A stretch of DNA of 64,000 nucleotides from the human T2T-CHM13v2.0 reference genome, Homo sapiens: assembly GCF_009914755.1 (NCBI RefSeq), contig NC_060930.1, one strand, 5' to 3'. Below the pieces are notes generated by a model. The model made no database searches. It worked only from the letters and a program-made list of their open reading frames with translations, and was not told where the DNA came from. Made by a program: the position numbers and the translations under genes. Of the stretch, positions 14,960-29,879 are shown piece after piece. Position 1 is the first letter of the stretch; each line of letters starts with the position of its first letter.

Positions 14960-16205
14960 AAATTTTTGTGCCCCCATATGCTGCAATGACCGTCTCTCAC
15001 TACATCTTCAAGCCTCAAAACTTACATCCAACAGAACCCAACAAGTTCAGTAGACAAATAGCAGCCTCCAGATGAAAACTCTCATATTTCCACCTATAAA
15101 ATGGCATGGCCTCAGCCTCTGCACTGAGCTTTTCCTTTCAGCCACTCCTTAAGCGAGGCATCACTCCTCTTACATGAGATCCAACCCTGCAGCTGTGCCG
15201 CACCCTCATCTCCACAAACTCCCAAAGGGCTTCCCAGCTTCAGTGTACCCCTGTATTTCTGACATCATCAGTTTCTACATCTCTGTGGAATCATTACTAT
15301 CATATAGATAAGTTGTGGCATGTTCCAACTTAAATAATGTTTCTTCCCTCTGACCAAGTCCATATGCAGCCACGATCCATTGTTTTGTACCTTTTCACAA
15401 TTAAACATCCAGAAATGATTTTCTATGCTTACTTTCTCTACTCAACCCTCATCCCATCAACTCCCAAACACACACACACACACACACACACACATCCACT
15501 GATACCATTCTTGTTAGGATCACTGCAATGTCATGTGACCCAATGAAATGGTGTGGTCTGACCAACTTTAATTTGTTCTCTTGGCCGAATTGATCTGAGC
15601 AGTCCTCCCGCTCAGAAACCCAATCTTATCTTGGCTTTCATGAAATCACAGTCCCCTATTTTTACTTTTACTGTTCTCGGTGTTCTTATCTCATTCTTGC
15701 CTGCCAATTCTAATTTCTCTACCTGTCGTATACCGATAAAATTTCATAGAGCTTAATCATGGTCTTATTCTCTGCCGTTTTTATTTTTTAATCTCTTGGT
15801 GGTCATATTCATATGACTTTGTGTCAATATTTATATGTCGAGGATTCCATAGTTGTGTGTTCAATTCAGTTCTCTACTTGACAATCTCCCTTTGATTGTC
15901 TCACAGACAACTCACGCTTTATAAAGAGTCACTTTCTGGAGAAGCCTGCCCAAACCACTAAATTCCTTCCCTTCTTCATATCCATTGTGTTCCTCTGTTA
16001 ACACTTATCAGAATGTGTGCTAATGTATTAATTGGGCTATACTTTTATTTTTGTCTGCCTGCTTGTTTTAGTCTGTCTCCACTACAACACAAAAAGTGTT
16101 GCAAGTGCCAGGGATCACCTTTTTGGCTAAAATTGATGTACACCCAGGGCTTAGCAGATTGTATAACACACATTGCATATCACACACTCAATAAATATTT
16201 GTATG
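14960..16205 (+). mobile_element. L2 fragments including 3' end
   Basis: Pyrimidine-rich L2 sense text ending 'cacactcaataaatatttg'. Confidence 0.65.
15469..15494. repeat. (CA)n microsatellite
   Basis: CA run. Confidence 0.9.
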
Positions 16206-19137
16206 TCCTATGGATTTCAGCAATGAGAGGCTTTCCATTTAGCAACCTCTTTATGTGTCCTAGATTGCTAGAAAGTGTGAAGTTTAGGATATGACTCTTT
16301 CCCGTTGCAGAGAGCTTTCCCATGTGGTCACTACAGATGAATGCAGGGAAAAGAATTCGGAAAGAATCAGTATCAAAACAAATAAATTACATGCAATAAC
16401 AGCTTCTATTCTTCCTTCAGCAGCACTTGTGAGGAAGCCTTTGGTCCGTATCACATGTGGAATGATAAACAATGTCAGCTAGGGAGGGTCAGGGGTGCGA
16501 CGGGGGTGGCTCTGGGCAATTCCTGGCTACCTTGGGACTGACTTTACCTGTTTTCTCCCATTTCAGGAAGTTTCTCAGCATGTGTGTGAGATAATTTTAA
16601 AATTTGAATATGCTCTAATGTATAGGAAAATACAGCAATTATTCCCAAATATTTGTTTTTATAAGTTAATGACTTGTAATGAGCTGGAGGCACATCACGG
16701 TGGATCCAGACACACTGATATTCTGCGTCAGAGGAGAACTTTTTGTAAATACCCAGAAAAATTATCAATATCTTTACTTCTCAATAATAATTCCTAAAAA
16801 ATATAGAAATACTTAAATGCAGCAATTGGTAGCAAGCTGATTAGAGCTGTAAAGACTCCCTGTCTGGATCTAACCCCTGAGCTGATACTGTCACAATGTT
16901 TAGAAAAAATAACTTTTTCTTTTTTATTCTTCTATTTTTAGTCTTTTTTTGTCTCTCTGTGAAGCTAAATTTCATTGAAACAGCCCGATTTTTCATCTCA
17001 GAAACTCTATTTTTAGGTAATTAACTAGTGAATGCAACATTTGATTGAATTTTATTAGAAACTTTTTTCCTGACTTAGCTGGCCCCTGAGTAATAAGAGC
17101 TGGCGGTGCTCTCTCTCTCTCTCTGTCTCTGATTATATTAATTAACTCACTCTTACTCTGCAAATTTAATATAGAACAAGTATTTTATCCAAACTTAAAA
17201 AAGTTACTACAGGTTAAAATGTTACATCATTTTAGTAAAATAAGAATAACAAAATGTGTCTCCCTATTCCCTATCGAGAAAGTGAATCTTATAACCATTC
17301 TCAGATACCATTTCTATTATCATGGGAAGGATTGCTTCATCGATGCCATTTTCTCTTCTTATTACCATCTAGGAATGAAGGAAGCAGAGTAATAGATGAT
17401 GTGCACATTAAACCAGTCGAGAGTACCCTTTGCTGCTCGGCCCTTCTGCACACTGTACTACCTTTTAATGAAAAGAGACTTTCCATTTGAAGTAGTCCTC
17501 CTTATCCTTACCATCAGTCTCCTTCCATTTGAAACCTGCCACAGGGTTGACGGCTGCAATCAAATAGACTAAGTGTTACTGCTGCCCTGAATGCTCAGTG
17601 TCCTCCCCTTCTTTCCAGAGGCCCTGGATGGTGCATCCTCTGAGCTAGGTGCCCAGGAGAGCCTGAGGTGGCTCCTCAGCTCCAGCCTCCCAAGTGACAA
17701 TGAGCTCCACAGAACCTTGGTGGAGAGGAGGATGTAATTTGCATCTGTAGCTTGCAGGGAATGTGTAAAAGAGCCCCCAACTCCAGCTTGTGTAATAGAA
17801 AATTACAGAATAGACTGATATTTCTAGCAGAAATTCAGCATGTGAGCAAATTACCAGACGTGGCAAAAAGAAAGCTAAATTAAGAGAAAGGTGTAGGTAA
17901 CCTTAAGAAAAGAAATTACATTTTAAGACTTTCAAGAAATATATTCTGAAGTCAGCTCATGTAACTGGTACTCTGCTGCATTTAAAATACTTTTGTCCCT
18001 GTTTCCAGGTGGGTAGTACTACAGATTTGCCTCTGCAACTGAAAAGCCATTCTTTATATGTGGAAGCAGAGCACTTAAATGTGTTCTAATCATTTTCAGA
18101 ATGTAGTGTTTATTGGCTTTGCTAGTCTGTAAGTAACTTGTTCAGAGAAAATGTTTTACACTTCCGTTTTGTGACTGTGGTCCTTGGCACAAGACCTAAT
18201 TCATAGTTGGTGCTGAGGATATATTTATAAGAACTGTTTTTGACATACCAATCTCTTGATGGTCTCCAAATCCATTTTGCAGGGTCGGTGCATACTTTAA
18301 AAGGTAGGTAAGCCCCATGCCTATTCTTTACAAGTAGCCCGCCATTATCCTCTGATGGAGAGAGGAAAATCCTTCTCATTTTTGCATGATTACAGGCAGG
18401 GGCTGACAGTGGATGGGGGAGTGGAAGAATTTGAATTTCTCCTAGCCATCTGTGTTTCTGATTTTCTGCGTATATGGAATTTGCATTTCATCTCCTGTAT
18501 ATGCTGACCATTTTTCATGAGTCATCGGCAGCAGAACACCATTGCAGTGGCTGAAGTGTCACCAGTGCCATGGTGAGAGGTGAGCTGGCTTGGGATGGGC
18601 TGGTATGCACTGCAGCTCAGCACAACCATGGCAAGTAATAATGGGCCCTGCATCCCAGATGTCTTTTTTGCTTCATGCTTGAAGTAAGTTGCTCATTGCT
18701 CCTCATTACAGACCCAGCCTCCCACCATGTGGCTAATTCCCATTTCTTCCTTTTTGGATCTCCCCCTGTTACTTCCCAAGACCTGTCAACTCCCAAATCC
18801 ACCATGTCCTGGCCAGTTATTATGCACAGCAGTTTCAATTTCTCTTCCTCTCAATCCCAGTGCATCCAGCTCATGGCCAATTCTGATATTTAACTAAACA
18901 AAAATAGTTCACTCCCTTAACTGGCTCCACTGGGCTAGCTCTTCGGCATATTATTTGTATCCTTTGTATTTTATTAACTACAGGACATAGAGAAAGACTG
19001 TAAGAATTACATTACTTATTGTAAAAAAATGCAAGTTTATTCAAAGAAATATAGAAAATAAAGAGAAGAATGAATGGAAAGATAAAGATCCCAATGTCCC
19101 ATCACCTCCACCTAATCCATTTTAATATTTTGGCAGG

Positions 19138-21753
19138 TTCTATAGCTGAATGTTTTTGTCCCCCTAAGGCTCATATGTTGGAACCTGCTACTCCATGCAG
19201 TAGTATTAAGAGATGGGTCGTTTGGTAATTTGGTCATGAGGGCTCTGCCCTCACAAATGGAATTAGTGTTCCTTATAAAAAGCTTGAGGGAACCTGCTTG
19301 CTCCTTCCCCTTCCTTTCATTACATGACACAGCCTTCACACCCCTCTTCTCTCCCATTCATATGAGGACGCAGAAGCAAGGTGCTGGTGAGGAACAGGCC
19401 CTCACCAGACACCAAATCAGCTAGTGCCTTAATCTTGAACTTACTAGCCTCCAGAACTGTGAGCAATACATTTCTGTTGTTTATAAATTATACAGTCTAA
19501 GGTATTTTGTTACAGCAGCAGGAACAGACTATGATAGAAATTGGTACCAAGAGTGGGGTGCTGCTGTAATATGTACCTAAAAATGTGGAAGTGGCTTCAG
19601 AGTTGGGTAATAGGTAGATACTGGAAGAGTTTTGAAGTGCATGCTGGGACAAGCCCATATTGTTGTGAAGAAACTATAAAGGATGATTCTCGTGGGAGCT
19701 CAGAAGAAGATGAGGGTGTAGAACAAGCTTGTCCAATGCATGGCCTGCTGGCCACATGTGGCCCAGGATGGCTTTGAATGTGGCCCAAGACAAATTTGTA
19801 AACTTTCAGAAATATTATGAAATTTTTTTTGCAATTTATTTTTAGCTAATCAGCTATCGTTAGTGTCTAGCGTATTTCATGTGTGGCTCAAGACAATTCT
19901 TTTTCTTCCAATGTGGCCCAGGGAAGCCAACATATTGGACCCCCTCGTGTAAAGACAGGTTAAGTCTTCTTAGAGATTACCTAAGTGGTCCTGATCAGGA
20001 TGTTGGTAAAGATATGGATGGTAAAGGCCATTCTGATGAGATAAATAAAGAACATGTTATAGGAAACTGGAGGAAAGGTCCCCTTTATAAAGTGGCAAAA
20101 TACTTGGCTTAATTGTGTCTGTGTTCTAGTGTTTTGTGGAAGGAGAAACTGATGAGCCATGAAATCAGTTATTTGGTGGATGAAATATTTAAGCAAAATG
20201 TTGACGGTGCAGCATGGCTTCTCTTACTGCTTATGGTAAAATGTGAGAAGACAGAAATACGGATGAAACTTATAACCATAAGATTAATCTTTAAATCTTA
20301 ATTTAAAGATTAAGAAAATTCTTAGCCTGGCCATGTTGTAAAGGGTGAAAAAGTGTGTTTGGTGGAGAACACCAAAGGTGTGGCCAAGCAATCATTTGAC
20401 AAGGAGATTAGCATGGATCATTGGAAGCCAGGTGTTACTCATCAATAAAATGGGAAAGAATGACCCCAAAGGCATTTTGGAGATTATCAGCACTGCCATT
20501 TCCATCATAGGCCCAGAGGGTCAAGGTCTAGGGAACAGGGCAATGTCAAAAGAGGAACTTCGGCCCTGGGGACCTCACCCAAGCCTCTGCTTATGGAATT
20601 CCAGGGCAGCACTTCTCTCTTGCCCCACATGTAGCTGCTGTGGGCCCAGGTGCAGCACAGTGTGCAGTGGCAGCCCTTCAAGAGAGCATAGGTGATAAAC
20701 CTTGGCAGTGGCTGCAAGATGCCTTCTCCACCGGTGTGTAGAGTGCACAGCTGTAGGGGCACAGCTGCCTCCACGTACATTTCAAAGGATATCCCACAGA
20801 GCCTCAGGGCCCAGGCAGAGAAAGGCCACAGCACCTGGGCTACTACAGAGATTCCCTGCTAGGGTATTTCCCACTGGAGCCCTGGGGGCAAGACCACTGC
20901 AGAGAGTCCACTCTAGGACAGTGTCCAGTGGAGCCATGGGGTGTGACTTCCTACAGCCTTGGGGGCCTACCCTTCCGCAATGAGTCCTAAAGGTGGCACA
21001 CATCAGCAAAGAAGGTTATTCTCAAGCTTTAAGATTTAATGTTGTTCACTATATTAGATTTTGGAATTGCTTAGGGCTAGTTATCCCTTTCTTTCTTCCT
21101 ATTTTTTCCCTTTGGAATGAAAATATTTATTCTATGCCTGTCCCACCATTTTGGAAGCACATAATGTACTTGCTTTCACAGACGCACAGCTGGAGGAGGA
21201 TTTGCCTCAGAATGAATTACATCATGAATTTCACCCATATCTGATTTAAATGAGATTTTGAACTTTAAACCTGTGGTTGGTGCTGGAACAGGTTAAGACT
21301 TTTTGGGCTAATCGGATAAAATGAATGTATTTTGCATGTGAGAAGGACATAAATTTTGGGGGTCCAGGGACAGAATGCTATGGTCTAAAAGTTGGTGTTC
21401 CCTGGAAATTCATATGTTGTAACCTAATACTCAATGCCATAGTATTAAAAGATGGGACATTTAGGAGGTGATTAGGTCATGAGGGCTCTGCACACCTTTA
21501 TAAGCACCTTACAAATACCTTAGTGGCTCATAAAAGGCTTAAGGGAGCCTACTTGGCCCATCTTCATTTCTGCCATGCAAGGGACACAGCAAGAAGGCAG
21601 CACCTATGAGGAGCCAGCCTTCACAGATACCACATCTGCTGGCAGCTTGATTTTGGAATTTCCAGCCTCCAGAACTCTAAGCAATACATTTCTGTTGTTT
21701 ATAAATAATACAGTTTAAGGTATTTTTTATAGCAGTAGACATAGACTCAGATA
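19138..21753 (+). mobile_element. Full-length MaLR (MSTD/MLT1A-type): LTR 19138-19536, internal 19537-21375, LTR 21376-21753
   Basis: Two homologous LTRs (shared 'catgagggctctgc', 'gcctccagaact..agcaatacatttctgttgtttataaat'); internal starts gaaattggtacc and ends ggggtccagggacagaa. Confidence 0.9.
19724..19946 (-). mobile_element. MER30 (hAT-Charlie MITE) inside MaLR internal
   Basis: 'caagcttgtccaa...ggcccaggatggctttgaatgtggccc...gggaagccaa..ttggaccccct'; imperfect 8-bp TSD gtgtagaa/gtgtaaag. Confidence 0.9.
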
Positions 21754-21832
21754 GTAGATTATCTTCCAATCTTATAAATCATTTGTAAAGTGCATGCATG
21801 ATTCTTTTATAAAGTATGGATTATAATGAGTA

Positions 21833-22040
21833 CAGTAAGTCCTCATTTAATGTTGACCATAGGTTCTTAGAAAGTGTGACTTTAAGTGAAAGATGTACAG
21901 CAGGTCCGCAAATAACATTGTTTCCTTCAACATTGCTTTGTTCTAACAACTATGAGAAAAAAATTGGTTTTGTTATACATCAGTTTGTGTAAAGTCCCAG
22001 TTTCCAAGAACCTTTGAACAAGGTTAAATGAGAACGTATT
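21833..22040 (+). mobile_element. Tigger-family MITE (MER47/Tigger5-like)
   Basis: ta|cagtaagtcctcatttaatg...ggttcttagaaag with inverted counterpart tttccaagaacc...ttaaatgag. Confidence 0.75.
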
Positions 22041-22287
22041 TTGTATAGTTTTATTTGAATTACCCTTTATATTATGCTGAGCATTTAATTATGTAATTAT
22101 GTTTTCAATGTTAAAAATCTCAACTTTTTAATGTTTTATTATACGGAAATAATGTAATTTTTCACTGTTCTTTTATTATTTGACTCAACTTTCCCAGTTC
22201 CCCAAATTTTACTATTATACTAATGCTGTTGTCAATACTTTTAATTATTTTTTTTCTTTCAATATATTCTTCAACCTTCAAGGAAGT

Positions 22288-22705
22288 TGCATTAGTTAGG
22301 GTATTGATTAAATTTATGTAAAAAATGCACAAAATACAAGTGGCTTATATGAATTAAACATTCATTTCTCTCTCAGATAATAGAGCAGTCTCAGGGAGAC
22401 TAAGGTAGGTGAGATAATCCAAGTTTTCCTTCTCTATGTCCATGTTGGCTGCTTTATTTGTCATCAAGCTACAGGGAAAGAAGGAATGAAGGACACAAAT
22501 CTTTCTTTTCAAAGAGTTTGTTCCTTAAATTTCATATGCCATTTCCATTCCCAGCCAACTGGCCAGAATTTAGTTTTATGGTCTCATGCAGCCACAGGAA
22601 TGCAGTCTCTGGATGGGTGGCCACAGTTTAAACTGGGGTGCTGGTAGTGTTTGGGCAAGTGAAGGGGAGAATAGAAGCTGGGGAGCAAGTAGCATACCCT
22701 AATGT
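22288..22705 (-). mobile_element. Ancient ERVL LTR (LTR33-like)
   Basis: 'tgcattagttaggg...gtggctt...ctggccagaatttagttttatggtc...gcagcc'. Confidence 0.5.
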
Positions 22706-22774
22706 CACAGGGTTGTTGGATCAAAGTACTGGATAATTTTTCTAATTCTTGAAACATCTTTCCAAATTAAACTC

Positions 22775-23275
22775 TGAGATTGTTAATTTTATGTGTCAAC
22801 TTGACTGGGCTAAGGAATGCACAGATGTCTTGTAAAACATTATTTCTGTATGATTCTGTGGGGGTTTTTCTGGAAGAGATGAGCATTTGAATGAGGAGGC
22901 TGAGTAAAGAAGATTCGCCCTCACCAGTGTGGGTGGAAAGCATCCAATCCATTGAGGGCCCAAATAGAATCAAAAAGCAGAGGGAGGATGGGCGAATTCT
23001 TTCTCCTTGAGCTCTGCTCCTCTTCTGCGCTCAGACACTGAAGCTCCTACTAGTGATATCAGAATCACAGACTTAAACCACAGGTGCCCCTCAGTTCTTA
23101 GGCCTTTGGCCTCAGACTGAATTACATCACCAGCTTTCCTGGGTCTCCAGCTTGCAGACAACATGTTATAGTACCTCTTGGCCTCCAAAATCATATAAAT
23201 ATATGATCATGGGAGTCAATTTGTGTAATATAGCTCTCACCATCTCTGTTTCTCTAGAGACCCCCAACTAATACA
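22775..23275 (+). mobile_element. MLT2 solo LTR (ERVL)
   Basis: 'gttaattttatgtgtcaacttgactgggctaagg' to 'tttctctagagacccccaactaataca'. Confidence 0.9.
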
Positions 23276-24557
23276 ACTCTGCAATATTTGCATTTCTCTG
23301 GACTCTGACTGTTTTGTTTCAGATTTATTTTTATTAAGAAGTAAGATTAAGCCTATTTTCACATTTATTAGTTGATTTTATTTCTTCTTTAGCTCATATC
23401 ACTTGCTCAACAATAAATATATGTTTTTATATACATTTCTTTGAATATCTCTAATATCTACGAGGTTTCTGTTTCTTTTGGCTTACTGCCTTGTCTTGAA
23501 CCAGCCATCCCATTGCACTTTATTTTCTTTCTCCTATGACACTTAGTCTTTTTCTTTATTTTAATAATTGACCTAGCTGTCTCTCTTTTCTATTTATACA
23601 CCAGCACAGGACAAGTTATAGTAGTCAGAGTTTAAAAAATGATCTTTTTTAACTTCATAGCACTATATTACATGGTAAGTTTGATTTTTTAAATTGTTTA
23701 ATTTACAGATGCGTAAATCATTGCAGGTTGTTTACTATTTGGAAAATCACAACATTTCCTTACACTATGCTAATATCATCTTCGCATGTGGGAAGAAGTG
23801 AGTGAATTGCTCAGTCACAAGAGATTAAAATGTTTTTATCACGCATTTATTATTAAGAAATTCTTTCATTGGATTTACTCTTTGAGGATTACCTGAATAA
23901 TCATAATCCAAGTCCCCTAAATTTGAATTAGAGAAACACAAACAGTGGTCGATCTGCTTCCAGTTAAATTTCCCAGTTGCTTTGTCATATGCTATTTTGT
24001 TTTCTTTACTACTATACCTCCAGATAATGTAATAACACCTGGAAGAAAATAGGTATAAAATATATATGTGTTAAACTCATTGTTTAATGAATGAATTATT
24101 GTGCATTTCTTTGAAAGTTCTCAATAATAAAAGAAGTTCATAAAAAAATTAGTTTGTCATTCTGATTAAGTGCTGCCCAAGGTGGGTTGCAGTGGATCAC
24201 ATGATGCAAGGAGATTTTAGATTCAAAATATTTGGAAGATATCATAAATGTTCAATTTTTTGGAGCGCTATAAAGGATATCAGCATATTATAGATCCTAA
24301 AATGTCACGTAGTAAAATTATCTTTTTAATTAAAATTCTAAATGATTTTTTGCCATACATATGTGTGTATATATATATTTGCATATTTAGACACACGTGT
24401 GCACACATGTGTATGTATAAAAACCCACAAACATAATTTTTTGAAAATCATTTTAGAAAATATGTCCTAGGTATTTTTTGATTAAACATCAAGTAATGAA
24501 TTTCTTGTTAATTAATGCAAACACACATGGATATATTTCCTGTGTCAATCACTAAAT

Positions 24558-25239
<682 letters not shown>

Positions 25240-25249
25240 TCCATATAAA

Positions 25250-26150
25250 TGAACAAAATGTAGGGTCACCTCCACTATGGACAACCAAACACTTTCAATC
25301 TATTCCCCTACAATTTAAGCCAACAAAAGTCACCTTCTGTCTTATTCTAATAGATAAACTCTTCTCTCCATTTCTATTGTTACCAAGCTAATCTAAGCTC
25401 TAAATAACTTCCACCCGATCTGCCCCAATCTACTCCTGATGGAACTCACAAATTTCAGTGCACTCTCCACATTCAAATGAGTACTTTTTAAAAACTATAT
25501 TTTGTGTGTGATTTTAGTTCTGAAAGATTTGTTATGACACCCTCCTGCTTTGGGATTGAACTCCAATCTTCCCAGGATGGTATCAAGAGTCATTCAAAAT
25601 TAATTTTGATTTATCTTCCTATTTCTTTATCCATCTTGGTTCTCACATGCCTCATGCTTTTTAGAGCAAGATGTATTTATTATCCATAAGAATCAGATGA
25701 GTTGTTTCATAAAAATGTAGATTTCCAGATTGCCTCCCCTGATACCTGGAGCCATCAAGGCTGAGCACTGTTTCTCCAAAACGGATCTGTGTCTCCAAAG
25801 CTTATTGCATTTCCACAGATCCCGGAATATGCCATGAGCTCTCTTATCCTCATATCCTACCATAAGCTCTCATATCCTCATGCCTTGTTCAGAACTCGTA
25901 CATCTACTCGTATCCCCTCCCTATTGTTCTACTGAACTTATACTGACACTTCCACTATTTCTTCCAGTGTGATACAGTTAATAACTTACTCTACCATTTT
26001 TCTCCTTACAACACTTTTTCTCTCTTAGTAAATTTATTTGTTTCCTTTATTGAAGTGTAAGTATTACATTTGAATCACTTAGTTGGGATCCACAGTGCCA
26101 AACTAAACTTTCCAGTAGGAAATAGAAATGCAATGGCTATTTACTAAATT
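25250..26150 (+). mobile_element. L2 fragments (possible MER5-like piece near 25690-25790)
   Basis: Degenerate L2 sense motifs. Confidence 0.4.
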
Positions 26151-26729
26151 ACTGTTAGCAAGAACTATAAATATATTTTGTTCCTGATTTAAAAAAAAAC
26201 AAACACAATGAGGTGTTTCCGCATCTGTGCTTTAGTGTGGTGAAGAAAAATGACAGTTACGGATCAGCATTTATGTTATTTGTATATAATGTTGGTTAGA
26301 CTTTCTGCCTCTCCAATTGTTTTCCATAAAATATTTTTCATAAAATCTTGTCTCTAAAGTGGAAAAAGTTGTAAAAAAGGACACAATCAAAGAAAAAAAC
26401 CTAATTCAACATGACTCCATATAACTATTTGTTTGGAAAATGTTTTTATTCTTTAGTCTTTGTTAACTTGCTTTTCTCATACAATTGATAAGAAAGAAAC
26501 ATAATTGCTCTTCACCTGAAGAGCCCCCATGCCACACAGATTTGCAATAGGTCATCTATTTATGTCACTAGAATCTAAGCTGCCTAAGTCTTTGTGTTCT
26601 GTCTGGTTTAGTCAACCAGATATGACCAGTTTCTGGCACAATGCCTTACACATAGTAAATGCTCAGCAAATTAAAATCCTGTATTTTAGAGGAAAAGTGG
26701 AGCATGCACAACCCAACCATATATCATTT

Positions 26730-26900
26730 TAAGCATTTAACTCATTATTTCTCACAGCAATCCTATAATAAGAGCTATAGCTATCTTCTCCATTGTACAG
26801 CTGAGTAAATTGAGTCACTGAAAGAAAAGGAAATTTGTCTGAAGTCACAGTTGAGAAGTATCAAGAGGTCGGAGTTCTACCTGGTCATTGATGCTAGTCT
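26730..26900 (-). mobile_element. MIR
   Basis: 'ctcacagcaatcctat...ccattgtacagctgagtaaattgagtcactga...aatttgtctgaagtcacag'. Confidence 0.75.
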
Positions 26901-27305
26901 GTGTTCTAGGTCTCTGTTGCCTCCTGATGCTAGCAAAAATGATGGGAGATCCTCAAATTATACTTGGGCTGAAGTTAGGACACAACCTCACATAACAGTT
27001 TACTTCTTGAGAGTATTGCTCACATTTTCTTTGTGAGTCCATGGCTTCCCCAATGTATAAGTAGAAGTACACTTCTTATTCTGCTATATCCTAAACCCAT
27101 CCTTGTTTTTGAGTCACTTCTGACCAATTTGGTGTTATATCATGAGGATAAACCCACCTTTGGTGGAGTAGTGTGAACTCGTCTTTCATTTGAGAAACAA
27201 ACTTGATGTGCCTGAGTAATTCTGGGAACTGCATGTCTCCAGAAATGCCATCCCCTCTTCTAGCTATTTTTGACTTTCTCTGGATATTTGCATGGCTGAA
27301 TTTCT

Positions 27306-27617
27306 ATCTTTTCTTTCTTTCTTTTTTTTTTTTTTTGAAATGGAATTTTACTCTTGTTGCCCAGGCCAGAGTGCAATGGCTGATCTTGGCTCACTGCAAC
27401 CTCTGCCTCCAGGATTCAAGCGATTCTCCTGCCTCAGCCTCCCAAGTAGCTGGGATTACAGGCATGCGCCACCACTCCTGGCTAATTTTGTATTTTGGGT
27501 AGAGACAAGGTTTCACCACGTTGGTCAGGCTGGTCTTGAACTGCTGACCTCAGGTGATGCACCCGCCTCAGCCTCCCAAAGTGCTGGGATTACGGGCATG
27601 AGCCATCGCTCCTGGTT
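27306..27617 (-). mobile_element. AluSq/Sp-like
   Basis: 'ctcttgttgcccagg..gagtgcaatggc' diagnostic; partial TSD tgaatttct. Confidence 0.95.
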
Positions 27618-28204
27618 TGAGTGAATTTCTGACTTGCACTGTTAGGACTCACCACAAAATAGGAGGGCTGCTTTGCAGTGATGCACTTGAGCATGGCTCC
27701 AACACTCTGTGATTTCCCTTTTTCTTTCACGTAGGCATGAAGTGGAGTCTACTCCAAAGAGATGGATCACTCAAGATCACAATGCCATATTTATTCTTCT
27801 TGGAGAGGCCTATTTAGTGAAAAGGATCAGGCATTTTGAGGAAGAAATTCTATAACAAATCAAGAACTTGCCAGGTCCAGGTGGAAAGTCAAGTGGTACT
27901 GTTAACTAACTGCTTTGTGAGTCAGTACCCTGGTGGGTCCTGCAGTATGTCTAGTGCCAGGTCTACCTGTTTCCAGCTTTCAGTTCTGCATCACTGTTCC
28001 TTATTATTTGTGATTCAGCACACTAGGGGCATGTTGGGAGCCCTTTGAGATAGGCAGGGCAGATAATATTAATTCTTTAAAGAAAAGTCATGCTCAGACA
28101 GGTTAAGGGACTATAGAGGTGGGAGATATTGACTTGAAACCAGTTCTGCTTTCATACCATTCATTGCATTATGTAGAGGATAGGACTGAAGATAAAAAAT
28201 ATGC

Positions 28205-28484
28205 AGCAGTCCTCCACCCCCTTATCTACAGTTTTGCTTTGCACAGTTTCAGTTAACCATACTTAACCATAGCCCAAAAACATTACATGAAAAATGTAAG
28301 AAATAAAAACATTCATAGGTTTTAAACGGCACACCGTTCTGAGGAGCATGATGAAAATTTTACTGTGTGTATTATTGTGTAGGAAAATCATAGTGTATCT
28401 AGGATTTGGTACTATCTGCAGTTTCAGGCATACACTGGGGTCTTAGAATATATTACCCTCAAATAAGTGGGCAGGGGACTATTG
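28205..28484 (+). mobile_element. MER44 (Tigger7) MITE
   Basis: 'cccttatctacagttttgctttgcacagtttcagtta' to 'tttcaggcatacactggggtcttagaa..ggggactattg'. Confidence 0.85.
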
Positions 28485-28577
28485 TATCTCCAATGGTAAA
28501 AATTTGATACAATTAATTTATGATTAAATAAGATGGGAGTTGAGTCCATTCATTCCTACATATCAGAATGTACTATC

Positions 28578-29089
<512 letters not shown>

Positions 29090-29879
29090 TTCTAGATTCT
29101 TACAGTTATGAAAATGTAGCTGATGAATACGAAAAACAAGAATCAATCTTAGGACTCAACAATATATGAAGCAATTTATTTGAAGCAAAAGACATTAAAT
29201 TACTATTTAAAAACAAACTCAGGCCCAAAGTGTAAAATTGTTGACACTTTCCAATAAAACCTAGAAGTGACTTCAGACCCAGACTCTATTAAAAATAACA
29301 GAACAAGGGTTTGGAAAAAGAGGCAAAACAAAAGAAGAACTGGTTACAAGGTTTACCACAGAGCAATTAACATATCCCTGGGAGGTATTAAAGGCAGCTA
29401 TTTACATTTCATAACAAAATTAAAACCTAAAACCTTTCAGTATTTGTCTAATGTGCATACAATTGAACACATATTAATTTCAGCTCATTCCAAGTTACAT
29501 AATTAGAAAATTCTAGTATCTTTGGATAGTTCTGTAACAAGTCAGGGAAACTACCCAAAGTTTTCAAAAGCCAGGCAAATGGAAACACTTTTAATATTTA
29601 TAATATGAATTTCACTATGGAAATCCCACAATAACTATTAGAAAATGCAGTATTTTCAGTATGAATTATTTATGTGACTTACACTTCCATACTGCTGCTG
29701 ATATGATTTATCTTAATTTTACTGAGTCATTCAGCACCATGCCTCATGATGTCCTTGTGTACCAAATGAAAAATACATATATATGAGTTGCTAAAAGAGC
29801 AGATTGAACAAATATATGCAAAAAGTGTAGATTCAAGGGTCATTTTTTATTTAGAGGAAAATCACTTATGTAAGCAGGG

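Noticed and set aside
29723-29741. REST/RE1 left half-site TTCAGCACC next to an AP-1 site TGAGTCA
   Set aside because: The right half (GGACAG) is missing, and short motifs are expected by chance.
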